This document shows, one piece after another, positions 54,393-64,000 of a stretch of DNA of 64,000 nt. Under the pieces are notes generated by a model, which was not told the DNA's origin, ran no database searches, and saw nothing but the letters and a program-made list of their open reading frames with translations. A program made the translations under genes and the position numbers. Position 1 is the first letter of the stretch. Every line of letters begins with the position of its first letter. Origin of the DNA: Candidatus Latescibacterota bacterium (lineage in GTDB: Bacteria > Latescibacterota > UBA2968 > UBA8231); assembly GCA_965197905.1 (NCBI GenBank), contig CBDAOB010000003.1, forward strand, positions 736,001 to 800,000. The letters run 5' to 3'.

Positions 54393-57362
54393 CTAAGGCA
54401 GAGCGCCGAAACTGGGAAAACCTATGAGCGCTCTAACAAAGATCGACATGCCATTCAGCCCCTCGGTTCGCCGCGGGCGATCGTCGAAATTCGTCTCGTC
54501 GCGAACAAAACCGATTATCGTCGTTAGATCGTAGCCGAAATAGCGCGACCGGTTGGCCAGGGTGATGATGGTGGTTCGTCGGTCATAACTAGAGGATGGG
54601 TGCGCACGGTCCTCCAAGCGATACGGCAATGGTCCAATGCCCTGTATTCCTGCACCCAGGGTGGTGCGGGCCAGCAGTGGATAGCTCAGCTGCACGATCG
54701 GGATCGTCTCGAACTCCCAGCGAATGGTCAGGTCCCGCTGTTGGTCGACGAAGCGCAGGAGCTGAAATTTGAATTTCGGCTGTACGCTCAACGCCCCGAG
54801 ATTCCATGTGTAATCCACCCGGCTGACCGTGGTCCAGTGATCCAGCCGGCTATCTCGCTGGAAGAGTCCTCCGTGCAGGTGCCCGCCCTGCTGCCAGTTG
54901 ACCCGCAGGCGTAGCTTTTGCACTACATTGAAAGTCGACAAGGGCCGCAGTCTTCCTTCGAGGTAGGTCTCGTTGACAAAACTGTCCTTGTAGAGCAGCG
55001 GATCCGCCCGCTGCCGGCCCGGAAACACTGGAAAATCGAGGATACCGCCACCGCGTAGGTATTGGGAGTGCTGGGTTTGAGTAAAATCGCGTCGCTCCAC
55101 AATCGAGTTGTATGCATCGGGGATATCGTCCTGGACCCGGCGAAAGTGGTTCTCGAAAAACAGCCGACGGACGCGATCGAGCCCGTCCCTGCGGTAGGTC
55201 AGAATCGCGTAGGTGGATTTGTAGCGCCCCGCACCGGCGATCTCCTCCACATCATGGCGCCCGACGGTCGCGGACCAGCGACGGCTTAAATCCATCTGTC
55301 CAAAGAGATGAAATCCGCGCTGGTCCGGGTCATACGGATAGTCGGGGTCCAGGTCGTCTTCGCGGTGATCGGGCTCGTCGTTGTTGTTGCGATCCAGGCC
55401 GTAGACGTACTCGTTCGGCTCTACATCGTACATCAGAAACGGTTCGTCGTAGTCCGGTTCCAGGTTGTGGTTGCGGTTGGTATCGGGAAAACCGTCGCCG
55501 TCCTCATCCTGGCTCAGATAGACCCCGTCCGGATCGACGCCGCGCGTGTCGTATATGGAGGAGGTTAGGAATTTGCCGATCCTCTTGTCGGGAAACGCGT
55601 CGCCGTCCTCATTGTCCTGTACCAGATCCCAGTAGATCGTGTTGTTGACCACGCCATTTATGGGGCTGAAGGGATGTAAGTCCCCGCCATCCGGCCGCAG
55701 GAAATTGCGCATCGAGGTCCTGTAGTCCGGATTCATGGAGAAGTACTCGCCGCCCAGCCGCCAGCGCCCGAACCAGCGCGTCGCATTGACGAAGTAGGCC
55801 GAGCCGCGATCGGCGAAGCGCGGACTCTCATCGAACAGGGGTTCCCCTGATCTCCGCGCCGGATAGCGGGCGTAGAGGGCCGAACGCGCGTACTCGCCGT
55901 TGATCTCCAGACCGGCCAGTCGCAGGTTCACATCCGTGCTGTAGGTAAAGATCGCCGTGTTCTCCCCCACCCTGAAGCGCACTGACTTCAGGTTCGACAT
56001 ATCCTGAACATTTCCTTCGGCGCGTCCGACGGTGCCATAGAAGGTGCTCTTGAATCGCTTCACATAGTCAGTGGAGCTCGGATTCAACGTGTACAGAGTC
56101 GCCACCTCCACTCGGTAATCGTTGCCCACCAAAGCCTCCACCTCTACCTCTGCGACGTGGGGTTCCCTTGAAACGTCGAACAGGTAGACCAGTTGTTCGT
56201 CTCCGTTAGCTCGCAAAACCTCGTCGGGCGATTCCAGTGCAAGATTGGCCACCAGTCCCTCGAGATTCGTCTGGCCGCTGACATCGATCCCGTTGGCGTG
56301 ATCCAGGCGGTAGAGATAGTCGGCAAACACTGGAATCTCGTCCCGACCCCGGAAAAAGAGAGGTTGTGGTATTACGCCGCCACCCGCATAACCATAGTTG
56401 ACCGCTTCGTACCCATTCGCGCTAAATGCTCCTGTAATCCGTGAGAGCCTTCCCACCTGGGATTGCACGTTGGCGATATGGCGTATGACTACGGCCTTGA
56501 TATCCGGCCGCGCCTGACCATCGACCACCAGCTGCACCTGCTGCACTACGGCACCACCCCTGCCATCCGCAGGCGAGTCGTCCGCAAAGCGCACCAGGAT
56601 CCAGTCGATCAAAGGCTGGTTGGGCCGCAGCCGGCCCTTGAGACCGTTGCCCGGCTGCGTGCTATTGTACACATGCAGGTTCACCCCGTTGAGACCCACG
56701 CGCAACCGACCGACTTCAGCCTGCAAGCGACCGCCTAGGAGCAGACTGGAATCCTCGGCGAACTGGCTTTGCTCGCGTTGCCACGGAGCTCTCGCCGAGG
56801 TGCCGGTTGGTAAAATGAAGTGGGGCCTCTCGATACGGGATGCCAGGGCGGTGAACTTTAGATAGGGAACGGCCCCATCCAGCCGGATCCCGCTGAAATC
56901 GGTCATCGACAGGGTCAGAGGCGTAAAGCGCGCCGTGAGCGCATCCCCTACCACTAGACTGTAGTTCCAACTACCGTACCCGTCACCCCCTACTACAACG
57001 GACCCGAACAAGTCGCTCCAGGAAAGCTCTTCTTTGAAGGTTTGGCTGCCATAGACTTGACTGTGCCTGCGGCGCTCAAGCCAATTGTACAGGTCGTATC
57101 CCGTGGTGAGATAGTCCCCGGTATGGCCGTAGAAGGACTTCGGAGTATCTTCGTAGGGAGACGCGTGGTTTGGGTAGTTTTCGAACGGATGAAACGCGTA
57201 GTTGCGGTAGGACGGCAAGTTCTGCCGCAGAAAGGTCCGTGGCGGATCAATTCCACGTAAGGATAAACGCGGCCGCTCCTCTGCGCTGCTCTCTGATGCG
57301 ACGATCCAGGTTGCGAGCAGGAAGAGGCATCCAACAACCGTGCGGACCGGGGAAAATACCAT
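54393..57362 (-). CDS. Large secreted / outer-membrane hypothetical protein with DxDxDG-type loops
   Basis: Signal peptide; DNEDGDAFPD, DEDGDGFPD, DRNNNDEPD; beta-rich C-terminus. Confidence 0.7.
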   Translation of the reverse strand: MVFSPVRTVVGCLFLLATWIVASESSAEERPRLSLRGIDPPRTFLRQNLPSYRNYAFHPFENYPNHASPYEDTPKSFYGHTGDYLTTGYDLYNWLERRRHSQVYGSQTFKEELSWSDLFGSVVVGGDGYGSWNYSLVVGDALTARFTPLTLSMTDFSGIRLDGAVPYLKFTALASRIERPHFILPTGTSARAPWQREQSQFAEDSSLLLGGRLQAEVGRLRVGLNGVNLHVYNSTQPGNGLKGRLRPNQPLIDWILVRFADDSPADGRGGAVVQQVQLVVDGQARPDIKAVVIRHIANVQSQVGRLSRITGAFSANGYEAVNYGYAGGGVIPQPLFFRGRDEIPVFADYLYRLDHANGIDVSGQTNLEGLVANLALESPDEVLRANGDEQLVYLFDVSREPHVAEVEVEALVGNDYRVEVATLYTLNPSSTDYVKRFKSTFYGTVGRAEGNVQDMSNLKSVRFRVGENTAIFTYSTDVNLRLAGLEINGEYARSALYARYPARRSGEPLFDESPRFADRGSAYFVNATRWFGRWRLGGEYFSMNPDYRTSMRNFLRPDGGDLHPFSPINGVVNNTIYWDLVQDNEDGDAFPDKRIGKFLTSSIYDTRGVDPDGVYLSQDEDGDGFPDTNRNHNLEPDYDEPFLMYDVEPNEYVYGLDRNNNDEPDHREDDLDPDYPYDPDQRGFHLFGQMDLSRRWSATVGRHDVEEIAGAGRYKSTYAILTYRRDGLDRVRRLFFENHFRRVQDDIPDAYNSIVERRDFTQTQHSQYLRGGGILDFPVFPGRQRADPLLYKDSFVNETYLEGRLRPLSTFNVVQKLRLRVNWQQGGHLHGGLFQRDSRLDHWTTVSRVDYTWNLGALSVQPKFKFQLLRFVDQQRDLTIRWEFETIPIVQLSYPLLARTTLGAGIQGIGPLPYRLEDRAHPSSSYDRRTTIITLANRSRYFGYDLTTIIGFVRDETNFDDRPRRTEGLNGMSIFVRALIGFPSFGALP

Positions 57363-57465
57363 AAACCCAATCCTCTACAAGCGAAACTTCAGTTGCTGGC
57401 GAATGTAAGTTCTCCAGAAAACTAATGCAATTTCCCGGACGTGTACATCATACTGAGGAGGACTC

Positions 57466-58272
57466 ATGTTGACTTCAGATCAAGTTGAAATCTACAAGGA
57501 GCAAGGATACCTCATCTACGACCAACCCGTGTTTTCACACGACAAGTTCACGGCGCTCAAGAAGCATTGCGAATCTCGCATGGCGGCATGGAGTGAGGCC
57601 CTTGGCAGACCGCTCGAATCAATCGATCGCTCCCACTTCATCGATCCGAAGTTGAATGAGTGGCTCCTGGCCGATGCAGTGCTCGATCTTGTCGAGCCGA
57701 TTATCGGTCCGGACATCGCCCTCTTTGCCAGCTCCTTCATGATCAAGTCCGCGACTGTCGTCAAGAGAGCTCCCTGGCACGAAGATGCGTCGTATTGGGG
57801 CAAGCTGGCGGATCCCGTCGAAGCGTGTACAATATGGCTCGCCATCGACCCTTCTGTGGTCGAAAACGGCTGCATGCGCGTCATCCCCGGTTCGCATCTC
57901 GAACCGAACCGCGAGCACGTCTACTTGAGCGATGCCAGTCAGTCTTTCCTGAGCAGGGAGGCTAAGCCGGATACCTTCGATGAATCGAAAGCCGTCGATT
58001 GCATTCTCGAGCCCAACACCTGCTCACTGCACGATGCCTATTTGATACACGGCTCGAACACCAATACGGGCACCATACGCCGTTGTGGATTTCAGATGCG
58101 CTACATGCCGACAACGGTCAAGGCGAAAGATTACAAAGGGCACCAGATGTACCTGGCTCGCGGCAAAGATCACGCCGGCAACGACTACGGCGATCCGACG
58201 AAGGTCAACGAGCAATGGCTCGTAGAGAATCCTGAGCACATGATGGCCCGTATCAGTCAGGAGATCAGCTGA
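57466..58272 (+). CDS. PhyH-family Fe(II)/2OG dioxygenase
   Basis: PWHED, WLAID, ENGCMRVIPGSH, IHGS..N..RR. Confidence 0.9.
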   Translation: MLTSDQVEIYKEQGYLIYDQPVFSHDKFTALKKHCESRMAAWSEALGRPLESIDRSHFIDPKLNEWLLADAVLDLVEPIIGPDIALFASSFMIKSATVVKRAPWHEDASYWGKLADPVEACTIWLAIDPSVVENGCMRVIPGSHLEPNREHVYLSDASQSFLSREAKPDTFDESKAVDCILEPNTCSLHDAYLIHGSNTNTGTIRRCGFQMRYMPTTVKAKDYKGHQMYLARGKDHAGNDYGDPTKVNEQWLVENPEHMMARISQEIS

Positions 58273-58429
58273 AGGGTGTAGAGGGCGCTGTCTCGGCCCT
58301 CCTCATTGCGCTATATTCTGGGAGATTTCGGAAATTTTGTCCTCGATTGAGGGGTAGTTGAGGGACAGACGAAAGGCGACTCCGTAGTCCAGTAGTCGTA
58401 ACCTCCTTATTTAACAAGGGGATAAGCAA

Positions 58430-59317
58430 ATGCTGGAAATGACCGAGCGCGAGAAGTTCCTCTTCGACCTGCAGGGGTTCCTCCACATCAAAGGTTTTCT
58501 CACCGCCGAGGAGGTAAAGGCGCTCAACGATGCGGTGGATGCCAATGTCGTACCCATGGACGAGTACGAGTGGAAGGGACCCAGTACCTACGGTGGGGGC
58601 ATGGGCGGGGAGTACAGAATCCGCAGTGTGAGCGGGATGCTCACCTGGGACCAACCGTGGTGTCAGCCGTTCCGCGACCTGCTCGCCCATCCCAAGCTGA
58701 TTCCGTACATGAACTCGCTTTTCGGGCGCGGATGGCGCTGCGAGAGCGAGCCAGGTCTCATCATGGCTCGCAAAGGATGCGGCGGGCACGGCCTGCATGG
58801 GTTCACCAGCCGACAGCACGACGGATCCCAGCATTATACCTACGCCAACGGGCAGTTTCGCACCGGCATGTCGGTGATCCAATATCAGCTGCACGATATC
58901 GAAGAGGGGATGGGTGGGGTGACGGTGATGCCCGGAAGTCACAAGGCCAACTTCAAATGCCCGGAAGACATCATGCTCTACAACACCGACAAGGAGGTGG
59001 CGCGAAACATCGGGTGCAAGGCGGGTGACCTCGTAATTTTCATGGAGGCGACCATTCACGGATCACTGCCGTGGAAGTCGGATTGGGAGCGCCGATCGCT
59101 GCTATTTCGCTACAGTCCCAGGCACTTGGCCTTCGCCCCGGGGATCTACGAGACTGAGATGCCCGAGTGGTACGACGAGCTCACCGAGGTCCAGAAATCC
59201 GTGCTCGAGCCTCCGTACGTCTACAGCCGGCCGCTCATCGAGGACGACGTCGAAACTCTGGTCAGTCCCTCGAACGAGCCCAAGGACCACATCCCCCGCA
59301 AACGCCACGAGTATTAG
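58430..59317 (+). CDS. PhyH-family dioxygenase-like protein
   Basis: FDLQGF, LHG, PGSHK, AGD, HGSLPW..ERR. Confidence 0.85.
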   Translation: MLEMTEREKFLFDLQGFLHIKGFLTAEEVKALNDAVDANVVPMDEYEWKGPSTYGGGMGGEYRIRSVSGMLTWDQPWCQPFRDLLAHPKLIPYMNSLFGRGWRCESEPGLIMARKGCGGHGLHGFTSRQHDGSQHYTYANGQFRTGMSVIQYQLHDIEEGMGGVTVMPGSHKANFKCPEDIMLYNTDKEVARNIGCKAGDLVIFMEATIHGSLPWKSDWERRSLLFRYSPRHLAFAPGIYETEMPEWYDELTEVQKSVLEPPYVYSRPLIEDDVETLVSPSNEPKDHIPRKRHEY

Positions 59318-60792
59318 TGGCCCAATCCACAAAGCAGAAATACCCGAACATCGTCCTGATCGCGATTGATTCGCTGCGCGCCGATCACATGAGCTGCTAT
59401 GGGTATGATCGGCTGACGACACCGCATATCGATCGCTTCGCCCAGTCAGGCACGTTGTTCGAACGCACCTTTAGTGCCCACATCCCTACAACGAGCGCGT
59501 ACGCCTCCATGCTCACCGGCAAGGACTGCTTTGGCACCCAGGTGGTGGCGCTGCGCCACCAGGGGGGATTGCGCGCCGATATCAAGACCCTGCCAGAGAT
59601 ACTGCGCAAATCGGGGTACAGCTCAACCTGTGTCGGCTTTTCGGGCAATGCCGCTTCGCGCGGATTCGATACCTATCTCGAGTATCCGGCATGGGGTAGC
59701 TGGAGCGAAGGACGCAGTCCGAAGGCCCAGCTGTTGAACGACGTGGCGTTGCCGGAGCTGGATCGGCTTGCTTCGGGCAAGGATCCGTTTCTTCTCTTCC
59801 TGCGCCACATGGATCCCCACGCTCCATACCTGCCCCCGGAACCGTTTGAAAGACTCTTCTACCACGGCGACGAGTGCGATCCGAAGAACAGGTCGATGAA
59901 GCCGGTGATGTCTTTCAAGCCGTTCTGCGATTTCTTCGCCAAATGGATGCCGCCGGGGATCACCGACAAGGATTACGTCATAGCGCAGTACGACGGGGCC
60001 ATCGCCTATATGGACGCCTGTATACGGAACATCTTCAATGCCCTTGAGGCTTGTGGAATCCTCGATGACACCATCGTCATCCTCAATGGCGATCACGGCG
60101 AGACGCTCTACGATCACGAGTGCTGGTTCGACCATCACGGCATCTACGACGTGACCCTGCGCGTGCCGAGACGCTCTACGATCACGAGTGCTGGTTCGAC
60201 CATCACGGCATCTACGACGTGACCCTGCGCGTGCCATTGATTATCCGCTACCCGTCCCATTCCGGCGGGGAAGAGGATTGCCGGATACAACCAGCACAAG
60301 GATCTGGTGCCGACCATCCTCGAGCTGGCCGGCATCAAGAAACCCCGAGGCACCACTTTCGACGGCCAAAGCCTGATGCCGATGATCCGCGGCGAGGTGG
60401 CTTCCCACGAGAGTGAGTTCTACATCAGCGAGTGCACCTGGATGCGCAAACATGGTTGGCGCACCCCTCAGTGGAAGCTGATCGTGGCCCTGGAACGGGA
60501 CTTCCATTTCAAACCACCGGTAGAGCTGTACAACCTGGTCGAAGACCCTGACGAAAACCGAAACCTGGCGGAGGAGCATCCCGACGTCGTAAGGACGCTG
60601 AAGAAGAGGATGCGGGCGTGGATCTCGCTTCGGGAGGAGCAGACCGGGAAGAAGAACCCGATGTTGAGCCAGGGGGCTTGGCACGGCCACGAGAGGATTG
60701 GGGCGTTCAAAAACTCGCAGCAAGCCTACGATACCCTGCACATCGGCAATGCCGGTGAGGCGCAGAGACTGCAAGCAAAAGGCCGGAAGTAA
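59317..60792 (+). pseudogene. Sulfatase / alkaline-phosphatase-superfamily hydrolase interrupted by a 68-bp duplication and a small indel
   Basis: PNIVLIAIDSLRADH, MDPHAPY, GDHGE, DLVPTIL, ELYNLVEDPDE. Confidence 0.85.
60100..60235. repeat. 68-bp perfect tandem duplication inside the sulfatase gene
   Basis: GAGACGCTCTAC...CTGCGCGTGCC at 60100-60167 and 60168-60235. Confidence 0.95.
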
Positions 60793-60817
60793 GTCACGCG
60801 AAGGACGGTAGGATCAG

Positions 60818-61615
60818 GTGAGACTGGGGGCAAACACGGTACTGTTTGGCGGATACGACATGCAGACCGCGTTCAAACATCTGGCTATGGCGGGGTACGA
60901 CGGAGTTGAGCTGTCGGCGATCAGCAGCATGAGCGAGCATCTCGTACTAAGCCGCTGGCAGGAGATTGCACCGGAGGTTAAACGCCTCAGTAGCGAGTAC
61001 GGCCTTGAGCTCTTGGCTATGGAACAGCCGTCCCAGGATCCCCAAATCATGGAAGAGGCCTTCCGCGCCGCGGTTGAGACGGGGATTCCACTCGTGAACT
61101 GTGGCCCGGGTGGAAAGACTGGAGACGAGGAGAGTTTTCGGCATTCGATCGATTCTCTCGGGGGATTGGCGGCGATGGCCGAGAAATACGGCGTCACCCT
61201 ATGTGTAAAAGCGCACGTCGGTGCTTGTATTCACGACACCCCCACCACCCTGCGGGTGATGGCCGCGATCGATTCCCCCGCCTTCGGCATCGACATGGAT
61301 CCCTCTCACATCCACCGTGCGAACGAGAATCCGGTGGAGGCGATCGCGGCTGTAATCTCGCGGGTGAAACATGTGCACATTCGCGACTGCAAGGGGAAGC
61401 AGGCGGGACCGGGGAATCCGGAGGATCAGGCGAACGGGCGGGGAGACATCGATCTGGTGGGGTACGTCCGGGTGCTGCACGAAAACGGCTACGACGGACC
61501 CCTCGATCTGGAGGTGATCGGGGCCAAGGAGTACGCACTGGAACAATGCTGCGTTATCGCCGCCGAAACCCGCGGTCACATGCAGGCTTGTCTGCAGGCG
61601 TGCGGAGCGCGGTAG
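60818..61615 (+). CDS. Sugar phosphate isomerase/epimerase (AP endonuclease 2 TIM barrel)
   Basis: GYDGVEL, DMDPSH, HVHIRD, GYDGPLDLE. Confidence 0.85.
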   Translation: MRLGANTVLFGGYDMQTAFKHLAMAGYDGVELSAISSMSEHLVLSRWQEIAPEVKRLSSEYGLELLAMEQPSQDPQIMEEAFRAAVETGIPLVNCGPGGKTGDEESFRHSIDSLGGLAAMAEKYGVTLCVKAHVGACIHDTPTTLRVMAAIDSPAFGIDMDPSHIHRANENPVEAIAAVISRVKHVHIRDCKGKQAGPGNPEDQANGRGDIDLVGYVRVLHENGYDGPLDLEVIGAKEYALEQCCVIAAETRGHMQACLQACGAR

Positions 61616-61665
61616 TCATCTCCACACACCTGTCTTCCCACGCGATGCTAACGCGCCACGGCGGG

Positions 61666-62526
61666 TCAATCCCGCTCCCTCGAAAGCTCCTCCGCGGTAA
61701 TGAACCGGCCCTCAACTTGCCGGGCGGTAACGGCGGCAGCCTGCCGCAACGCCTCATCGATATCCGCACCTTCGTAGAGGTGGTAGGTCAAGTAGGTGGC
61801 GAAGAAGACGTCGCCGGCCCCTGTGGGATCGGCGACCTCGCCGACGTTGGCGGCGCGAAAATCGTAACGTTTCCCGGAACGGCTCTGTAACCAGCCACCT
61901 CTCTTGCCATCCGTGGTGAGCCATTGTTCGATACCGTACTCCTGCATCAGGGTCCCTACCTCGCGGCTGCAAAAATTCACCACAGCCTCGGTTTCGTCCC
62001 GCGAGGCGGTGACGATATCGGCCTGCTCGAGGGCAAACCGCACGTGCGGGGAGACTCCGGGTCGCACCTCGGTCCCCTCGAGCTGTCGAGTGTACCCCTG
62101 GATGTCCACGCTTACTCGATCCACACCCTGTAACACCTGTAACGCCTCCGGGTCGATGTCGAGTGGATGCAGCGGCCCCAGGTAGACATGGTCGACGCTG
62201 GAGGCGATCCCTGCCAGCTGCGAGGCCGAGATCGGTGTGGCACGCGAAAGCAGCTCCTGGCGTCGTTCGTCCCCGGTTACATGATTGACGAACTCGGTGG
62301 TGACCTCGCTGTCGCCGACCTCGACGGCGACTCCGGCATTTGTTAGCAGGTCCACCACGGCGCGGTCGCGAGCAGCGATATTTGTCAGGACGCCGACAGA
62401 AATCCTCAACCGCGCAAAGGTCAGTCCGGAGTAGACCACAACACCGCCCCACTTGAGGCGATTGACCTCACCAAGTACGACCCGATCTCGGGTAGCGGGT
62501 CCGATGACGGCCACCTGTGCATTCAA
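61666..62526 (-). CDS. PfkB family carbohydrate kinase
   Basis: GG.V.Y, DIQG, T.G..G, DPTGAGDVF. Confidence 0.88.
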   Translation of the reverse strand: MNAQVAVIGPATRDRVVLGEVNRLKWGGVVVYSGLTFARLRISVGVLTNIAARDRAVVDLLTNAGVAVEVGDSEVTTEFVNHVTGDERRQELLSRATPISASQLAGIASSVDHVYLGPLHPLDIDPEALQVLQGVDRVSVDIQGYTRQLEGTEVRPGVSPHVRFALEQADIVTASRDETEAVVNFCSREVGTLMQEYGIEQWLTTDGKRGGWLQSRSGKRYDFRAANVGEVADPTGAGDVFFATYLTYHLYEGADIDEALRQAAAVTARQVEGRFITAEELSRERD

Positions 62527-62609
62527 CGCTCAGGTGCTCTTCTTTCCGACGGAGTTTGGTGCCACGGTTCCCCTAGCGCGGTCGAGCGTGAGCCAGGGAT
62601 CTCGATGCG

Positions 62610-64000
62610 TTAGAATTCCAGCTCGAAACCGCCGATAGGCAGGAGCTTCCACTGATCGATCCGATCCACTTCCCGATCCTCGTTGTCCCAGTAGTAGGTG
62701 AAAATATTGGCTCTATTGTAGGTATTCAACACGCTGAAAAACAGAACCAGATTGTAGCTGGCATAGTGACGACGATGGTCAAATCGAAGATCCAACCGGT
62801 GATAGGATTCGTAGCGCTTCGAGTTCACCAAATCCGGATCGATAATCCCGGTATTGAGGGCACTCGAGGTTTCCACGTCGAAGGGGGTGCGGGGTCTGCC
62901 CCCGGCATAGACCCAGCGCAGGCTGTACTCCCACCGGTCGGAAGGGCGGTAGCCGACGATCAGTGAGACCAGGTGCCGGTTGTCGAAATTGCGGTCCCGT
63001 TCTGTGCCCAGCAGATCGGTGTAACGTGAGCGGCTAAACGAATAACCGGCGGTTCCGTAGAGGGCCTGAGCCAGCTTTTTCTGCAGTAGGAGCTCGATGC
63101 CGTCGGACTTGGCCGTGCCGCCCCCGATGAGCCGACCGGGAACCGGGGAACCGAAGTCGGCATAGGCGTCCACCACCGAAATCGTCGGATCATCCGGGTC
63201 GTACGGCAGTTCGCGGTATTTCTTGCGGTAGGCCTCAACGGTGAGCTGCGTGCTGGTCGTTACCTGCCGATTGATCCCCATGACGAAATGATCGGCGCGC
63301 GGATTCTCCAGCCGTCGATTGTCGGGGTGCTGGACCAGGAGGGAGGGGGGCAGGTTCTGGTAATAGATGCCCCAGGCAGCATTCAGCGAAGTCAGGTCGT
63401 TCAGTTTGAAGCTGGCGGCCAATCGCGGGCTCCAATCTACTTCCTCGTTGTAATCGAAATAGTCCAAACGGGCGCCGGCCCGCAGCTGAACGCGCAAGGC
63501 CAACTCCTGCTTGAAGCCCACGTAGCCTCCCAGCTTCGTGGTGGAGACGTCGTTTTCGATCCTCAACTCTGGGATGACGACGTTGACGCGATTGGTATCC
63601 GCGGCGACGAAAAACTGGAAGTCCGACCCGATGCGTTTGATGTCGAATCCGCTCTCAACCGCCAGTCCCGGCTTCGGGCGGTAGAAGGATTTATTCCGCA
63701 GGGTGATCTCGCGTTCCCGAGAGTCGTTGTCAAAGAGCCGAACCCGGGTGGGGTTGTCATTCACCCTTATGCCGAAATCATTGGCAGTGAGCGCCAGTGA
63801 GGTTTCACTGTAGCCCGACTGGCTGAACAGCCACCGCCAATTGGCACCCGCCACAACCTGGTTGACGTCCTGCTTGAAGAAATCCTCGCCGTCGACCGCG
63901 TCGTCGGCATCCTTCGGTTTGAGCTCTATTAGATCGAAGCCGGCAACGCCCAGCAGGTCGAATTGGTGCCGATCATTGAAGTCATAGGAGAGCTTGCCCT
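62610..64000 (-). CDS. TonB-dependent receptor, C-terminal part (runs off the window)
   Basis: Frame open to the edge; WSPRLAAS, YHRLDLR, LPIGGFELEF. Confidence 0.88.
   Translation of the reverse strand, partial: GKLSYDFNDRHQFDLLGVAGFDLIELKPKDADDAVDGEDFFKQDVNQVVAGANWRWLFSQSGYSETSLALTANDFGIRVNDNPTRVRLFDNDSREREITLRNKSFYRPKPGLAVESGFDIKRIGSDFQFFVAADTNRVNVVIPELRIENDVSTTKLGGYVGFKQELALRVQLRAGARLDYFDYNEEVDWSPRLAASFKLNDLTSLNAAWGIYYQNLPPSLLVQHPDNRRLENPRADHFVMGINRQVTTSTQLTVEAYRKKYRELPYDPDDPTISVVDAYADFGSPVPGRLIGGGTAKSDGIELLLQKKLAQALYGTAGYSFSRSRYTDLLGTERDRNFDNRHLVSLIVGYRPSDRWEYSLRWVYAGGRPRTPFDVETSSALNTGIIDPDLVNSKRYESYHRLDLRFDHRRHYASYNLVLFFSVLNTYNRANIFTYYWDNEDREVDRIDQWKLLPIGGFELEF

Noticed and set aside
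60100..60235. Tandem repeat as a functional array
   Set aside because: It is an exact duplication of coding sequence that breaks the frame.

Overview
A GC-rich bacterial chromosomal segment of about 45 mostly monocistronic genes. The gene mix (DUF6785-type membrane protein, PhyH paralogues, FlgD-Ig-tailed giant protease, orphan FliG, a C-terminal 'SWGRLK' secreted protein) suggests Latescibacterota or a relative; this is inference only. Main finding: 29313..35066 is one uninterrupted 1917-aa ORF that fuses an RNA polymerase alpha N-terminal domain, a trimmed beta and a trimmed beta' into a single chain. It keeps the catalytic NADFDGD motif and the beta GDK..RHG.KG lysines. It has lost the beta lobe, flap-tip helix, beta' zinc-binding domain, lid, rudder and jaw, and it has its own promoter outside any rpo/ribosomal operon, so it looks like a second, minimal, probably sigma-independent RNA polymerase. 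Other notable items: a probable Ubl(GG-stop)/E2-like/tandem-ThiF E1 operon at the left edge; a UGA-recoded deiodinase-like selenoprotein with a SECIS hairpin; a complete 2201-bp IS1595 element (23-bp TIRs, 8-bp TSD, cargo genes) inserted just upstream of a sigma54/IHF promoter; and two PcfJ-like paralogues. About seven frameshifts or tandem duplications suggest assembly errors or gene decay. No tRNA, rRNA or CRISPR array was recognised. All family calls come from motif recognition by eye, not database searches.
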